A stretch of 64,000 nucleotides of DNA from Octopus vulgaris (GCA_951406725.2 OX597826.1:35340001-35404000); one strand, 5' to 3'; shown: positions 26,113 to 40,325, counted from the first letter of the stretch. The notes: generated from the sequence alone by a model not told the origin. Translations and numbers: made by a program.

Positions 26113-27333
26113 ATAATGTGTGTAAAAGAAGGTAAAAGCAATCCCTGGATATTACTGTTGTGAATTCTATAACTGATAGAATGTGATCTAATTGAATGTG
26201 ATCAGAACGTTGCCCCAGAATGGGATAACAGTCTGTTGCAGGTTTACACATTTACAGCTAGGTGCAGTAGACCAACGTGTACATATGTTATTATGTACAA
26301 ATGTGTGTGTGTTTGTACTTGCATGGATTGTACCGAAAGTGTTCATTTGTTTTGTTTTTTTTTATGTTCATTAAATGACTTATGTCGGTCAAACTATCCA
26401 TATTTGTCGATGCCTCCGCAATTGTAGTCTCTCTTCTACTTGTTCCTCATCATTGCAGACAAATCTAATTACATCTGTTATTTTCATAGCTCTAGGCATT
26501 TATTTGCATGATATTTGGCTGCTCTTTCTTCTGGACGAGTGGCTACATAAAATTTCTCTTTTAGTGCCAGAGTAATTTCATGTCTTGGATGGATATTTGG
26601 CCAGTCATGTGATATATACAAACAAAACTTATTTATACTAAATCTTTCTATTTTTTCTGAAATTTCATGTGTGTTAACTCTGATCATCTATCTTCAAGGT
26701 AAGCTTCGGGTGTGAAAATTATGAAATTTCCCAGATAAACAGAAATTACTTGAATTTATTGTATTCCAGTAGAGTCCAGCAGCAGGGAAGAATTTGCCAT
26801 TAAAGCCTTGTGAATGCTGTCTCTTGTGTACATAGCAATCAAAGGTTCTTATTATGTACTTAAGCTGGTTTATTAACAATGAGGGTTACCAAAGAACTTT
26901 GATGTCTTGTGACATTATCGCTGTTTATGACCAAGTCTTGGTAACTTAACATTCTGGCGTATGTAACACTTCAAAATAATGTTGCACTTAGTCCCATAAC
27001 CAAGTAAGTGGAAGCAATACAGAATAATCTATAACACAGAGAAATTTAAATTCCCACCTAGCTTACAGATTTCTCACATAATGATGGTACCCGACTAAAG
27101 ACGTGATTTTGGTAAGTACAATGCAGTTGGTACATTAGTGGATAAATTCATGGGAAGTCAAGTCATCCTATGAAAATAAAACTGTTTTAGTCACTTGATA
27201 TCAGACTCATAGTATTTATGCAGGCATTCAACTTACTAAAACAACAAAAAAAGAAACAGCAAGGGCAAAAAAAAATCACCTCTTTCATACATTATGAAGA
27301 TAATATTAATTTGATTGCATAATCTTGAAATAG

Positions 27334-27613
27334 TGGAGGCACATGGACTAGTGGTCAGAGCAGTGGACTAGCGGTCGAGGGATTGCGGGATCAAATCTCA
27401 GACCGAGCGAGTTGTGTGTTTATGAGTGAAACACCTAAGCTCCACGCAGCTCTGATAGAAGGTAATGGCGAACTTCTGCTTACTCTTTCACCACAACTTT
27501 CTCTCACAGCTCACCTGCAATGTCCCGTCCGAGTGGGGAACCTATACGCCGACGAAACCGGGAACCAGCCCTTATGAGTCAAGCCTGGCTCGAGTTGGAA
27601 CAAACAACAACAA
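27334..27613 (+). mobile_element. tRNA-derived SINE (family E3) with (AAC)n tail
   Basis: Head and core align with 55982-56155; different 3' end GTCCCGTCC..GAAACCGGGAACC..GGCTCGAG..(AAC)n. Confidence 0.82.
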
Positions 27614-29746
27614 TCTTGAAAGAATGATGATGCTAAAATGTTTTCATATTATTGTGCTTACACTTCTTCTGAAATTATATTTTAGACAAAGGCAGAAATC
27701 TGCATCTTAAGTAAAACTAAGCGTTCATCTCGAAATCAATGAAGAACAATGGATCAAGTTACGTGGTATTAGCAACACCTTTTAACACCATCGGGAAGAA
27801 AAAATGGAAGTAATTGCAAGAAAAAGACTCTGACATTCATTCCCAATGAACAGATATTAGAATCTAAATGTGATAACCAGGTTAAGACAGCAATAAATAA
27901 TAGTTGATGAAATGGTCACGTCATTAATTAATTATTTTGGAGCAACAAGTGATTTAATTGGTAAAGCATTATTTATTAACATGAATGCTTGAAATCCCGA
28001 AGCAATTATTTCAGCAGTCAAGATATTTCCTGCTACCACCTGCTGACAGAATACTCTTCCAAGCAAAAAGAAAAGAAAAAGATACTGAGAAAACGTTAGC
28101 TAAAGGTGGACGGCAATAAAGTATTTGATAAATCAACGATGGGGTTATCACAGTTGATTGTATTACAATAAGCAAATATTTGTAATTTTGTTTTGTGTGT
28201 GTGTGAGTGTGTGCGTGTATGAGTGTGTGTGTGTGAGTGTGTGTGTGAGAGAGAGTGTGTTTGTGTTTGCCTATAGAGAACAAATACTGCTCTAAAAAAT
28301 GTAGAGTATGTGATACATATTGTTGTGGAGATTCTAGCGAAATTGAATCGATTATGCTTCCTTTCAAAACTGGGTTTTAACATGGACTACATTCTGATTG
28401 CAGCCAAGAAACAATGGGATCCTGATGTGGTCTAACACAAACTGGAATCATTGCTTACTTCTTTCAGCAGATTATATGGGTATAACATTTTCGTTCTTTG
28501 AATCTGAAAAGTTATATGAAATTATGAGCAGTCATTCAAAATTTTAACCTAACCCAAGTAACTCCGCAGTTAATATTCTCACTTAACCCAAGCAACTCTG
28601 CAGTTAATAATTTAGCCTATTACACAAAAAAATAAAATAAAATATATGATATTAAATTGGTGCATAATAATATATTAAACAATAGCCTCACATTAAATCA
28701 CAAGAAATTATATTTCTGGTGTGAGAATATTTTACTTCAATTTTTCACATCAGTGAGTTAAACCGACAGAGAATACGATTAATTCTGTGAATCACTTTAA
28801 ATGTCCAACGGCTTCAACTAAATTGAGTTGCTTTGATGCAGGGCGGGGGTGAGGTCACGCAACTTGCTTAATATTTTCCTGAAACATTTAGTTGTTTAGA
28901 TTCATATGATAATTACTGTCAAAAGATATGCTTCAGAAAAACAGTATGGAAAGATTTTAGGAATTACAATAATGCATGCCATTTTGTATCTTATAATCAC
29001 ACTTTAGCACTGGACATAAACTTCTGCCTACGACGATGGCAGTGCTGAAGAATTGTGTGTCGATTAGGTAAAATATAACACCAGCCAAAAACAGAGGAGT
29101 CTTTTGCATGACTGTGTAATGAAAATAAAATCTCCTAAAAACCCACTTAATATCTTACAAAAGAACACACCGTTTACTGGGATAGGGATGGGCATATGTG
29201 GAATGCTTTTGGATACAATTTTGCTAGATCAGATCTCATTTAAAGCTAAATTGCAACGATATGATGCCACGTTTGTATATCACATCATCTCATGCACACG
29301 GCAATCATTAACAAAAATCCAACAAAGATGTTATGAAATAAGAAAGAACTTCCTGTAGTATGAACATGTGACAAATACTAGCTCTATCTTGAGGGAAAGA
29401 ATATTGAGCCACACTCAACTCTTATCATTATACAGGACTTGAGAGTGGATGACTTCACCAAGGATGCTATACTGATCACTCAAATCATTTTTTTTTACAA
29501 TTATAGTCACATTCTGTCACTCTCTCACTTCCCCCTTTACTCACTACACACACACAAAGGAATATTATATATACAAAGGTATATCATATATATATATATA
29601 TGTATTCTTATTTCCATTTGTGTGTATGTGAACACACACATCACGACTGATTTGTATACAATATTGATACATACATGTACAGCAATATATGTATGCATAT
29701 ACGTATTTGCTCATTTAATATTCATATATGTATATAAATATGTATG

Positions 29747-29801
<55 letters not shown>

Positions 29802-29804
<3 letters not shown>

Positions 29805-30017
29805 AACATTAAAAAAACACCCTGCATATAAATATAAAAGAAAATACAGGAGGCACAGTTAACTATGATATTCAACACATTATACACTCAGATTCACACA
29901 TTCATTGCAGTGGTCCTTCAGTTTTTCTAAGCCCTTTTAAAGAACTTGAAAGGTTGGAGCTCTAATGAGTCCTTTCGTGGTTCTCTTAATGCCTGGTATG
30001 TTCCTGCACCCCTCGTC
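29802..30017 (-). mobile_element. mariner-derived MITE
   Basis: ACGAGGGGTGC terminus; minus strand reads LQPFKFF..GLEKLKDHCNECVNL...VE, a mariner C-terminus. Confidence 0.6.
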
Positions 30018-31202
30018 TTTATACACACACATACACACACACACACACACATAAATATATATGCTGTTGCTCTTTGTTGCTAATTAAAACACATTGCTTA
30101 CATTCCACTTCGTATTTTATTAAGAAAGAACTGGATGATTAGCTAACGGATCTATTGATTCAGACAGCAAATATTCAAAAGGTAACCAGGCTCGGTTCAC
30201 CAGTTGGTAATCAGAAATAAGCAACTCTGAGCACTTAAAATCAAGCCTTTTAGTTATTATATATATATTTACACATTATATATAAACATATATATGTAAC
30301 AAGTAGAAATTCTAGTTTTAAATCTCTCATAGAGATGATCGCAGTAGTTGTACTAACAAACATTGTTTGTAGCCACTTCAACATGGCTGTCCATTCAAAT
30401 AGACTTTACTACGATTTTTAACCCCAAGAGGACATCTGCACAGCTGCATCCGAGATGTTACAAGCAGGAGAGCTCACAAATATCTCAGATGCTTGTTATA
30501 TGTGTGTGATGCATATATATATATATATATTTACACACACACATATATGTATGTATATATGCATTTGCTAAGATGGCAAATAAAATGTGAATTTAAACAT
30601 TTTCTATACAGAAAGATATTCAACTATTTCAAAATGGACTTTGCTTGTGTATTTTTCTTCCTCTTAGATGTTGAATTCACGCCAAGCTTTAGTTGGCACC
30701 GTGACACAGTAACACAGAGCCACAATTGCATCTGTCACAGCATGTCTGCCGATGTATGTACACAAATTCGATCTGGTTTAAATTGTCTCATAAATTTCAG
30801 TCAATACAGCCACCATGTCAAGAATAATACAACAACCTGATTACAACACTAATAGATAAGTGGGAATGTATATAAAGTGTTTATAAATCATATAATAACG
30901 TCGTTTACTCGATAGAAGCCTTATGACGCAGCATTCAAGTTTACCCATGGTCATAAAGAAACTGAAATGCGGAGATTACCTTGTTTTTGCAGATATATGT
31001 GTGTATCGTTTTCATCAGCAACAATCTATAGAAAACGAATATTTTCTGTTTTACAGCTAACAACTGTAAGAGATATAAAAATGAAATTTCTTTCAACAGT
31101 TTTGCTCCAAAACACAGATCAAGCTCTATTGGAATTCCATTCCCTTCAGCACAAGATAAGCCTCATTTACAATGTGCTCAGCTCCCCTCCCTTCCCGTCG
31201 CT

Positions 31203-31301
<99 letters not shown>

Positions 31302-31413
31302 CGTATGTATCTATGTATACACACACAACATATATATATACATATATATGTGTGTGAGTGTGTGTATTTATATATACATGTATATATGGGTATGTGTATG
31401 TATATATATATAA

Positions 31414-31459
<46 letters not shown>

Positions 31460-32197
31460 GTGTTTATATGTATGTATATGCGTGCCTTTACATGTATGTG
31501 TGTGTGTGTTTGTGGTGAGATTGTCTGTTACTGATACTGTGCAAATTGATATGTATGTAGATTCAGACATTGTTTCGTATCACTGATTTGATTCTTGGCA
31601 TCGATCCAGTTGTGATGTAGCAATGGTAGTGAGAAGATTCTTATAAGTATCAATATCGCCAGTAATGGCGATATATTTCAAGCTTGTTGAGCAAATGTAA
31701 CGTAGAAGAATAGTTAGAGCATTGCTGAAATATGACGGCAAAGGAGCGGAATCGCTTAATCTGGATATCATCCGACATGAATATCACCGCCTCCACCACT
31801 GACACCTCCACCACCACCACTTCAAAACATAATACCAAAACCACCATCGCCATTGTCATAGTCAACGTTTCGCTTTACAGTTGTCGTTATCTTTATCATT
31901 GTCATCATCATCGTCGTCGATGTTGTCACCAACTTCCCCTTCGTATTTATCATCATCGTTTCCACCCCTTCTCATCCTAATTGTCGTCGTCATCATCTTG
32001 AAGAGATGACACAAACGGATGACAATAGCAAGCTTGTTTTCTAAAATATTTCTCTTCACATCAGGGATGATTTACAAAAGAAATCCCGATAACTCACTGA
32101 TATTTCATTTGATCGAACCTCCGAGAGATGAAGCTCAAAGTTAACCTCGTTTGGATTCGAACTCAGATGGCAAAGGAGTCAGACGAGATTATCTTGC

Positions 32198-32335
32198 TCA
32201 TGAAGATGATGATGGCAGTGATGGTAGTGATGATTGTGATGATGATGATGACAACAATGACGATGCTGCTGCTACTGCTGACATTGCTGCTGCTGATAAT
32301 GATGATGATCATCATCATCATCATTCTCACCATGA
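32198..32335. repeat. Degenerate (GAT)n/(GCT)n/(CAT)n trinucleotide tract
   Basis: Directly visible. Confidence 0.85.
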
Positions 32336-33048
32336 CTATTCGGAGTAAAAGTAGCAGGAGGCTAAATAATGAGAAATCATCGGAGTAACATATTTTTTAA
32401 AAAATAAAACAATTTATTTGATATAAAAGGAGTTTTATTTGATAACCACTTAAAAACTATTAAAACGAGACGAAAAAAATAAGAGAGAAACATGGGATGA
32501 ATATTCATAAATATTTAAAGGAACAAAACATCTTTTCTAGTTAATTAATGATAAATATTCATCAGAAAATCTCTCGTAAAATGAATGTTTGTCATGAAGG
32601 TGTTGTAACCATATTCATGATACCAGCATAAACATAAAACCCTCACTCACCACATCACTATATCATTTACGCTGATAATTGCGTGGGTTTGTTTGTACGT
32701 TTTTCTTAATGTTTGTTTATTTTTTTGTTCTCTTTTTTTTTTGCACTGCTAATCGTTTGCAACTCACTACAATCCATGGGTCTGTTGATTATCTTCAATT
32801 TTGTGTATTAATTAGCTGATGAGATATAAATCTACTAATGAACAGAACGCTAGTTTATGACGTGTAGATTTTCGAGGAAAGAGAAATTCAATTTTGCACA
32901 GCAAGGCAACACGAAATATATAAATAAAGAGATGAATAACAAGGAAAACCGTTGGTTCAATCCCTTTCTCTAAATGATGAAATTTCTCTCGTGGGGGCTT
33001 TAGTATCCCAATGAGATTTATATGTGTATTAATACTGATTCCAAGTTT

Positions 33049-33243
33049 TTTCACAAGGCTAACAATTTCAGAGAAGGAGACTAGTCGATTACGTCGACCG
33101 CATTGGTCAGCTAGTATTTATTCTCTCGACCTCCGGAAGGATGAAAGGCAAAGACGACATCGGCGGAATTTGAACTCTAAAGACGGACGAAATGCCGCTA
33201 AGCACTTTGTCCGGCGTGCTAGTAAATATGCCAGCTCGCCACC
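33049..33243 (-). mobile_element. SINE family A (tail type 2), diverged
   Basis: Reverse complement aligns with the family A consensus. Confidence 0.82.
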
Positions 33244-34950
33244 CCGTATACATATTAGAATCATACGTTTCTTTCTATTGTTTTATTTCCAAACCAAGTC
33301 TCTAGAACTTAACTGATCAATTTGTTAATTGTAGGGAGTGGTCTGCTATCTGGTCATTGTGGGAGCCTCTATAAGTTCGTTTGCACTCCTTGAAATAGCA
33401 TTCACATTCCGCTCAAATCATATTAAACGAGTTAAGATATGTCTGAAAACAAATATAAAGAGCAGACGGAGGGTGATAAATGGAATGATCTTTATGTGAT
33501 CAGTGTTGACCTCCGCAAAATAACAACAGCTTTGGAAAGCCAAAGGTTAAAAACAACAATTACAACAGTAACAACAACATCAAATACAGCACAAAATAAC
33601 AACAACAACTCTGCATTGCAAAAACTTTCCCCGCATCAAAAGCTAAATAACGAAACCAATGGAGAGACTACATTCATTTTGATAGACACGATTATTAAAA
33701 GACATTTTGACCGTAAAGTGATTAGAACTGACAAACTCAGAAAGACTAGTTGCGTTGAACATTATTAACTCTTTGTCATCGCTGTTAGTAGTTCTCGAAA
33801 TCATTAACCCTTTACTAAATTACTTGTCTCTCTCTAATGCTTTCTCTTACTAATTCACGCATCAATTATGATAAAACTTTATGATACCTAATTCCCTTCT
33901 GGATATAACATTTAAAATATGACTTTCATAGTGACATTTCCAGAAACATTTATACGCATTAAGCATATTTTAACTTGATTGTGTCCATGCACTAATGTTA
34001 CAGATATAAATTTCAAGCCTCCTCACCTTCTTTTTGTTAGTTATTTCTGCAGTGTTTTGTTTCCATTAAAATATTCTATTAAGGTTGAAAAGAATAGGTG
34101 CACAACGCAAAGCAACTATGATGAAAACTCGCCATATAATAGGCATGACACATGCAAATTATACATTAATAATATTAAATAATTAAATGGCATATCTAAT
34201 TTCATATATATGCGTGTGAATGTGTGTGTGTAGATAGATAGAGAGAGAAAATTATACATAGGTAGAGATATCGACTTAGTTTTAATATAATATTCTTTGT
34301 TATGAAAGGTTTCCTTAGATCCTATAAATTCTCTGACAGAATTGTATAATAACGAATCTATCCTAGACAAACATTAATGTGGATTGGGGTTTAGGAAAAG
34401 AACAAAGACCATTTAGAAGAGGGATTACTCGACACCAGTATGTGGATGGTACTTCTAATTTATCGAGCCTGAATGGATGAAAAATAAAGTTGAACCCTGT
34501 GGTGTTTGAATTGAGGACATAAAGCGGGGCAAGTGACTTTCAGAACGTAAAGGGCAAGTATATAAGGTACTTTGTCCAGTGTTCCAATGAAGCTGTCAAC
34601 ACATAAAGAAAGAAATAACAATGAGAATGAGGTGAGCTGATAGGAAAATAAGATATATATATATATGTGTGTGTGTGTGTTTGTGTCTTCTGCATGTGTG
34701 TGTGTGTGTGTGTGTGTTATTGATTGCCAGGAACAACTGAAGTTCAGAGTAATATCTACATGTAGATATAGAGAGAAATTGTTGAAACATTTCTTCAACC
34801 CATTCATTTTCTTTCCTTCTTAACATTTCTGTTCTCTCCTTCTTATCTTTTCCATCACAGTTTCTGACGTCTCTACATCTGAATTCAGTATGGTCACTCG
34901 TACTTCTTTTCAGTCAGGGTTACATGATTTGAATCAAGTAATGCACATAT

Positions 34951-34989
<39 letters not shown>

Positions 34990-35009
34990 GATAGATAGAC
35001 AGACAGATG

Positions 35010-36130
35010 ATAGAACCGAGCCATTGTTCCTAGATTGATTTGACCTTCTAAATACGATATAGGCACTATTAGTAAAATAATCATTGATAGGGTAATGCTC
35101 GCTCTTAAGCCTAAAATTAGATTAGCCCTCTGGTCTGATACCTAAGAGGTGGTGGGATGATTTAAGCTTCCAGAAATTAGTAAGAATAGTAAATTCTTGC
35201 AACTAGATATTAAGAGCTATTATGCCAATATTAACCCGATCATCCTTAATCAAGCCCTGATTTATAGCATGAGAAATTCCGATTTATCCCGATGCGAAAA
35301 AGATATTATACTTGCCGCGTGAGCCACTCTAGTGGATTTTGATGGTAGATTGTGGAATAGATTAGATAGGGAGAATACTTTGCATATAGTAACGGAGTCA
35401 TATAACTCTGCGCAGGTCACAGAGCTAGTCGGAATATATATCCTTTCATTAATCCAGTCTTCTTTTCTGGAGGTAACAGTGAGTCTATATAGGGATGACA
35501 CTTTATTTTTGTTGGCCAGAAGTAGTAAAGAACAAATTAGAAAGGCATAGGAAAAATGTATTTGGATTTCTTAAAATTTAGGACTAAACATTACAATGGG
35601 AAAGGATTATCATGGAGTGAATTTTCTTGACACTACCTTCTGTCTTGATTCCGGTCTATTTGAACCATTTCATAAGCCAAATTATCTTATTAAGTACATA
35701 AATGTAGCATCCAACCACCCACCCTCGATGATACAGGGATTAGTTAAGAATATTTCTACAAGAAGTTTTAGATTGTCATCCAATAATACAATTTTTGAAT
35801 CACATGCAGCTTATTATAATGCTGTTCTAGCTAGGACTGGGTACCGTGAAAAAATTCAATGTGTACAAGAAGCAGGCATACACAACATTGGTAATTCCTA
35901 CAATTGTAATACATATTGTACATCATCACAACATCACGATGTGAGAACTCACTCAGATAGAGAATACAGGACGGAAGAATTGGTCAAGACAATGAACTAC
36001 CAACGAAAACTCATACACACATGTGACATAAGAATCGAACTATTTGTAACACTGTAAATTGTCCCAGTCATGTACAACACACTCAATCAAATAAGCATAA
36101 CGATAGATATAGGAATCAGGATATCCTCTG
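35010..36130 (+). mobile_element. Penelope-like (Naiad-type) reverse transcriptase fragment, frameshifted
   Basis: LDIKSYYANI, SY.SAQV.ELVGIY.L, LYRDD, VNFLD.T..L..G.F.PFHKPN....YIN..SNHPP, RLSSN...F......Y...L...GY. Confidence 0.88.
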
Positions 36131-36239
36131 TTTCAAAATATATTATATGTGTGTGTGTGAGTATACACTCATATTTACTTACACATGTATAAATATATAT
36201 ATATGAGTGTGTGTGTATGTATGTATCTATATATGCATA

Positions 36240-36403
36240 GGGGAGAATTCACAAAAAAACAAAAGACGAAGACAGGTGGTGTAGACAACAAACAGATGTA
36301 TTGGTGTAGTGCTCGGGAAGAGAAAAAGTCTTTAATGTTTCGAGCCTATGCTCTTCCACAGAAAGACACAAGGAGAGAAAATAATGTGTAGTGGCTAGCG
36401 ATC
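36240..36403 (-). mobile_element. Short Penelope-type pLTR element (family D) with hammerhead-like core
   Basis: Minus strand TGGAA-GAGC-ATAG-GCTC-GAAAC-ATT; flanked by TA/TG microsatellites; related copy at 25935. Confidence 0.55.
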
Positions 36404-36411
36404 TCACACAC

Positions 36412-36482
<71 letters not shown>

Positions 36483-37871
36483 TGTGTGTGTGTATATGTA
36501 TTCATGCACTCGTTTATATATATATATATATATATATCAATAAATGCCAGTAAACACAACTCTTACAATACATTTATTTGACTTAACTGTCAGTATTGGG
36601 TTCTGCAGTCAGTATATGTTCCGTTATTATTCTCAAACTTGCTTTAATATTGCATCAATTTCACGTTAATGTCTGCACGCATGCGTGCACACACACTCTC
36701 ACACACATTTGCAAAATCAACAAAACCAAGTTACTTCCTTTCTTTCTCTGCTAATTTTCTTTGCCATACAAAACTAAATGTTACATAATGTTATTGTTCA
36801 ATCACGTATTTGTATGAACTTTCATTAATCTAAACGATATATTAGACCTGAAATGTGTTATTTTCTCCATTTACATTCATCGGTTGCATTGTGAATTATT
36901 TCTAGAATTTAATTCAATATTTCAAGTTAGTTTTCATCATACTTTTTTAACGGAGTGAAACTTATATAACATGTTTTGCAAAGTAAAGCATACATTCATA
37001 GAAGAAGTTAATCTTTTGGGTGATTGCCATTTCAGATATATTTGCATAATAGTTTTTTTTTAGCAGAAGAGTTAAAAAGAGTATCACATGACTTTCGAAT
37101 TGAATATAGAACGAACTTATTTTTTCTCGATTTTGCAGTAGCGTTTCAAAATTTATTTTTTTCTCTCTAACCATCTTTAGAATAATCTTGTTTTCTCAGT
37201 TTGCGTTTAAGCTTTTATTTTCAAAAAGACAAAATAGATTTCGTAAATAAAGGAATTTGTATTTTTGCTTAGGCATAGGGTATCTCGCAACAATCTTCTC
37301 ACGGGAAATTCACAGGAGATTGAAAGAGTTATGCATTTCAAGGAAGCCTTCACACCACAAATATAAGACAAGATAAACGAATTTTCTTGCTCATACATCA
37401 TGTTAAATGTACACACAAGGCTACTGGACAAAATCATTAAAACAGAAAATGATTTTACACACGAACATTCGAAAACTACAGTTATAATTATCATTTGTGA
37501 ATTAAGCACCGGTATTTTGTCTCAAAGGAGTCAAAGCGATAATGCCACACACCAGAAGAACGGTTACCTCAATAAAAATATCAACATTGGAATGGGAAGT
37601 ATTTGATGTGTTTGCTTGACCATTAAAAAAATGCATTCAGTCATTTGATTGAAGGGGTGAACTGGATAATCTACAAAAGGACGTAGTGGTGACAAGTGGA
37701 ATGTTATTGATAATACCTCTGTTTCGTCATGCCTTACCATTAACAAACAACAACAATACTATTCACTACCTTAATCACCAATATTACAAATAATGGAATT
37801 AACAATGCAAAACATAAATATTGAAAAAAAAATACAAATGAAAGATTGTTAGAAGAATGGGCAGTAGTAAT

Positions 37872-38071
37872 TCTTTCTGCTTTAGGCACAATGGCCTGAA
37901 ATTTGGGGTTAGATCTATAATCGATTATTCTGACCCCCTTGCTCAACTAGTACTTATTTCATTCAAATGGAGGAAAGGTAAAGTCGATAGTGTAGGAATT
38001 TGAAATCAGAACGTAAAGGCAGACAAAATTTTGTTCAGAGAGCTAAAGATTCTGCCAGCTTGCTACCTTGA
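37872..38071 (-). mobile_element. SINE family A (tail type 2), diverged
   Basis: Reverse complement of the neighbouring copy. Confidence 0.78.
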
Positions 38072-38106
38072 ATGGAGAAATGATTATAGTAATATTAATT
38101 AAATCA

Positions 38107-38325
38107 AGGTGGTATGCTGGCAGAAATGTTAACATGCCGGGCAAAATGCATAACGATATTTAATCGGGCTAGACATTCTGAGTTCAAATTCCACCGAGGT
38201 CGACTTTGCCTTTCATCCTTTTGGGGTCGATAAATTAAGTACCTGTTGCATACTGGAGTCGATCTAATTGATTGGGCCCCTCCTCAAAGATTTCGAGCCT
38301 TGTGCTTAGAGTTGAAAAATATTAA
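38107..38325 (+). mobile_element. SINE family A (tail type 2) with TSD
   Basis: Family A consensus; TSD TAATTAAATCA at 38096-38106 and 38326-38336. Confidence 0.9.
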
Positions 38326-38489
38326 TAATTAAATCACCTTTTCCAAAGTAAACAAGAACTGACAGGACTAACGAGAGATTTTCAGGCTCATGCAGGTAAT
38401 ATACAATATACGTATGCAGACAGTGTGAAGACAAGGCGAACTTGCGCTATACTCTGCTAGCATTGCCAACGAATTACCAAATAGGCAAT

Positions 38490-38820
38490 TATTCACAGCT
38501 AACCTCACAAGAGACATAAGATGAATTCTGAGGATATTTAGAACAAGAGGGCTAGTAGTCATGGTGGTTGAAAGAAATTTGTTCTTAATCGTCTTTCTAT
38601 TAAGCTGGAGACAATCCAATGATCCCACACAAAGAAAATCGATTTAATGCAACACCTAAACTACTGGCAGCAATTGTGAAAGATTTAAATTCCTAATCCC
38701 TCGAGTTAAGAAGGGAGACATACATGACAATTATATCTGTAATAATAGAAAATTTTCCAAAGTCTCATTCTTGATGATGTACATTTAATTAAGCACCAGC
38801 TACCATACATGTGGAAGGTA
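38490..38820 (+). mobile_element. Old CR1-clade LINE fragment
   Basis: ILRIFRTR, KLETIQ, MQHLNYWQQL, SLELRRE..Y..I; homologous to 19070-19340. Confidence 0.6.
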
Positions 38821-39616
38821 CAAGAGAGCAATTTTATTTAATTGAAAATATAGATTTTGATAATTTGAAAATTCATAATGTTATTAAAAATTCTTTATAG
38901 ATGTGCAAGTGAGTAAAGATCTGAAATTTTTGCAAGAAATAAAATAGAGATCTGCAGAGACTAGGGACTTAGATCTTTGGTTTGGTGCCTGTAATGAGAA
39001 TGTTTTATTCTTATTGAATCTCAAAGACAAAATATTTATACTATCACTGTCAACTTTGCAAAGGATTAAATAGGTTACAGTGGCGAGAAACTTGAGGCTA
39101 GAGACAAAGAAATTCAGGAATATATGCGTGTAGATAGACAGAGATACAGATGAAATCATACATGGACATACAAGTAGTATGAGCTGAGGAAAATATAATG
39201 TATAAGCCACTAATGTGAATTCTGACATTTACTTGTGTGTGGGTGAGTTGCATGTGTAAGTTAACAGTTCTTGAAAACCTGAAATAAGCTACTTAGTTGT
39301 AAAACAAAAGGAAGCCAACCCAAATACTAACACTTAGTGACCTACAGTTCTTTGAGATTTAGCAGCACTCATCATTCAAATAAAAGCCATCTTCCGGAAT
39401 TATCTAAATTTGCGACATTATTCCTCTTAAGTAATTTCATTTAGTTCACGTTTGTGTTAATATTTGTAGCTACTGGTCAAAATACTTTGCTCCTGTTCTT
39501 CGAATTTTAAACCTATATCCACTGGTCTAGAAGATGTGAGATGATGTGACCTATTGATGATCTCTAATATTGTGAGACACGAATGTAGATTTCATTGTGC
39601 TTGCTTGATATGCATA

Positions 39617-40174
39617 CGAGGGTGAGTCAAAAAGTAATGCCATTTTGTTTAGGACAGCTATAATTACCAACACAGTAACATGTATCATACATCAAAATGA
39701 AGCTGGTCCTCTGTGGATCACAATCCTACTTCTCAACATAGTCACCGTTTCTCTCAATAGCAATGTTCCGCTTTTGAATGAGAGCATGTATCCCTGCCCC
39801 GTAAAATTCTGTTGACTGTTCTTTGAGCCACTTCTTCACTACAAATCAAAGAGACACCTTCTTTCGAAGGCTCGTAACAGGTGATGAAACATGGGTTCAT
39901 CATTATGAACCGGAATCAAAGAGGCAGTCAATGGAATGGAATGGTGCCACTGTATGTCACCACCACTGTGAAAGTTCAAGACACGAAAGTCAGCTGGAAA
40001 AATCATGGCGACTGTCTTTTGGGATGCTCAAGGTGTCATTCTGGTCAATTTCTTGCCAAAAGGAAAAAACAAGAAAACTCATGATAAGCTCCATTTTGAT
40101 GTATGATGCATGTTCCTGTGTTGGTAATTATACCTGTCCTAAACAAAATGGCATTACGTTTTGACTCACCCTCT
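39617..40174. mobile_element. Rearranged mariner (irritans-like) element with ~87-bp inverted ends and TA TSD
   Basis: TA|CGAGGGTGAGTCAAAA ... TTTTGACTCACCCTCT|TA. Plus strand LVTGDETWVHHYEPESKRQSMEW..SAGKIMATVFWDAQGVIL; minus strand KWLKEQSTEFY.AGIHAL....IAIERNGDYVEK*. Confidence 0.9.
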
Positions 40175-40183
40175 TAAATATTA

Positions 40184-40325
40184 GACGGTAAGATGACAGA
40201 ATCGCTAGCACGTCGAGAACAATCCTTAGCGGCATTTTCTCTGCTCTTATGTTCTGAATTCAAATTCCACCGGAGTCGACTTTACCTCTAACCCTTTCCT
40301 GGATCGATAAAATGAGTACAAGTTG
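40184..40325 (+). mobile_element. SINE family A, diverged and 3'-truncated. Similar partial copies at ~41579-41725 and ~58533-58710
   Basis: CAGAATCGCTAGCAC..TTCTGAATTCAAATTCC..GTCGACTTT..GATAAAATGAGTAC. Confidence 0.75.

Noticed and set aside
27068-27110. Plus-strand AG..GTAAGT candidate exon
   Set aside because: Stops in all three frames.
32128-32388. Acidic/His-rich or hydrophobic ORFs (DDD..HHHHH)
   Set aside because: Trinucleotide repeat read-through beginning in a decayed SINE.
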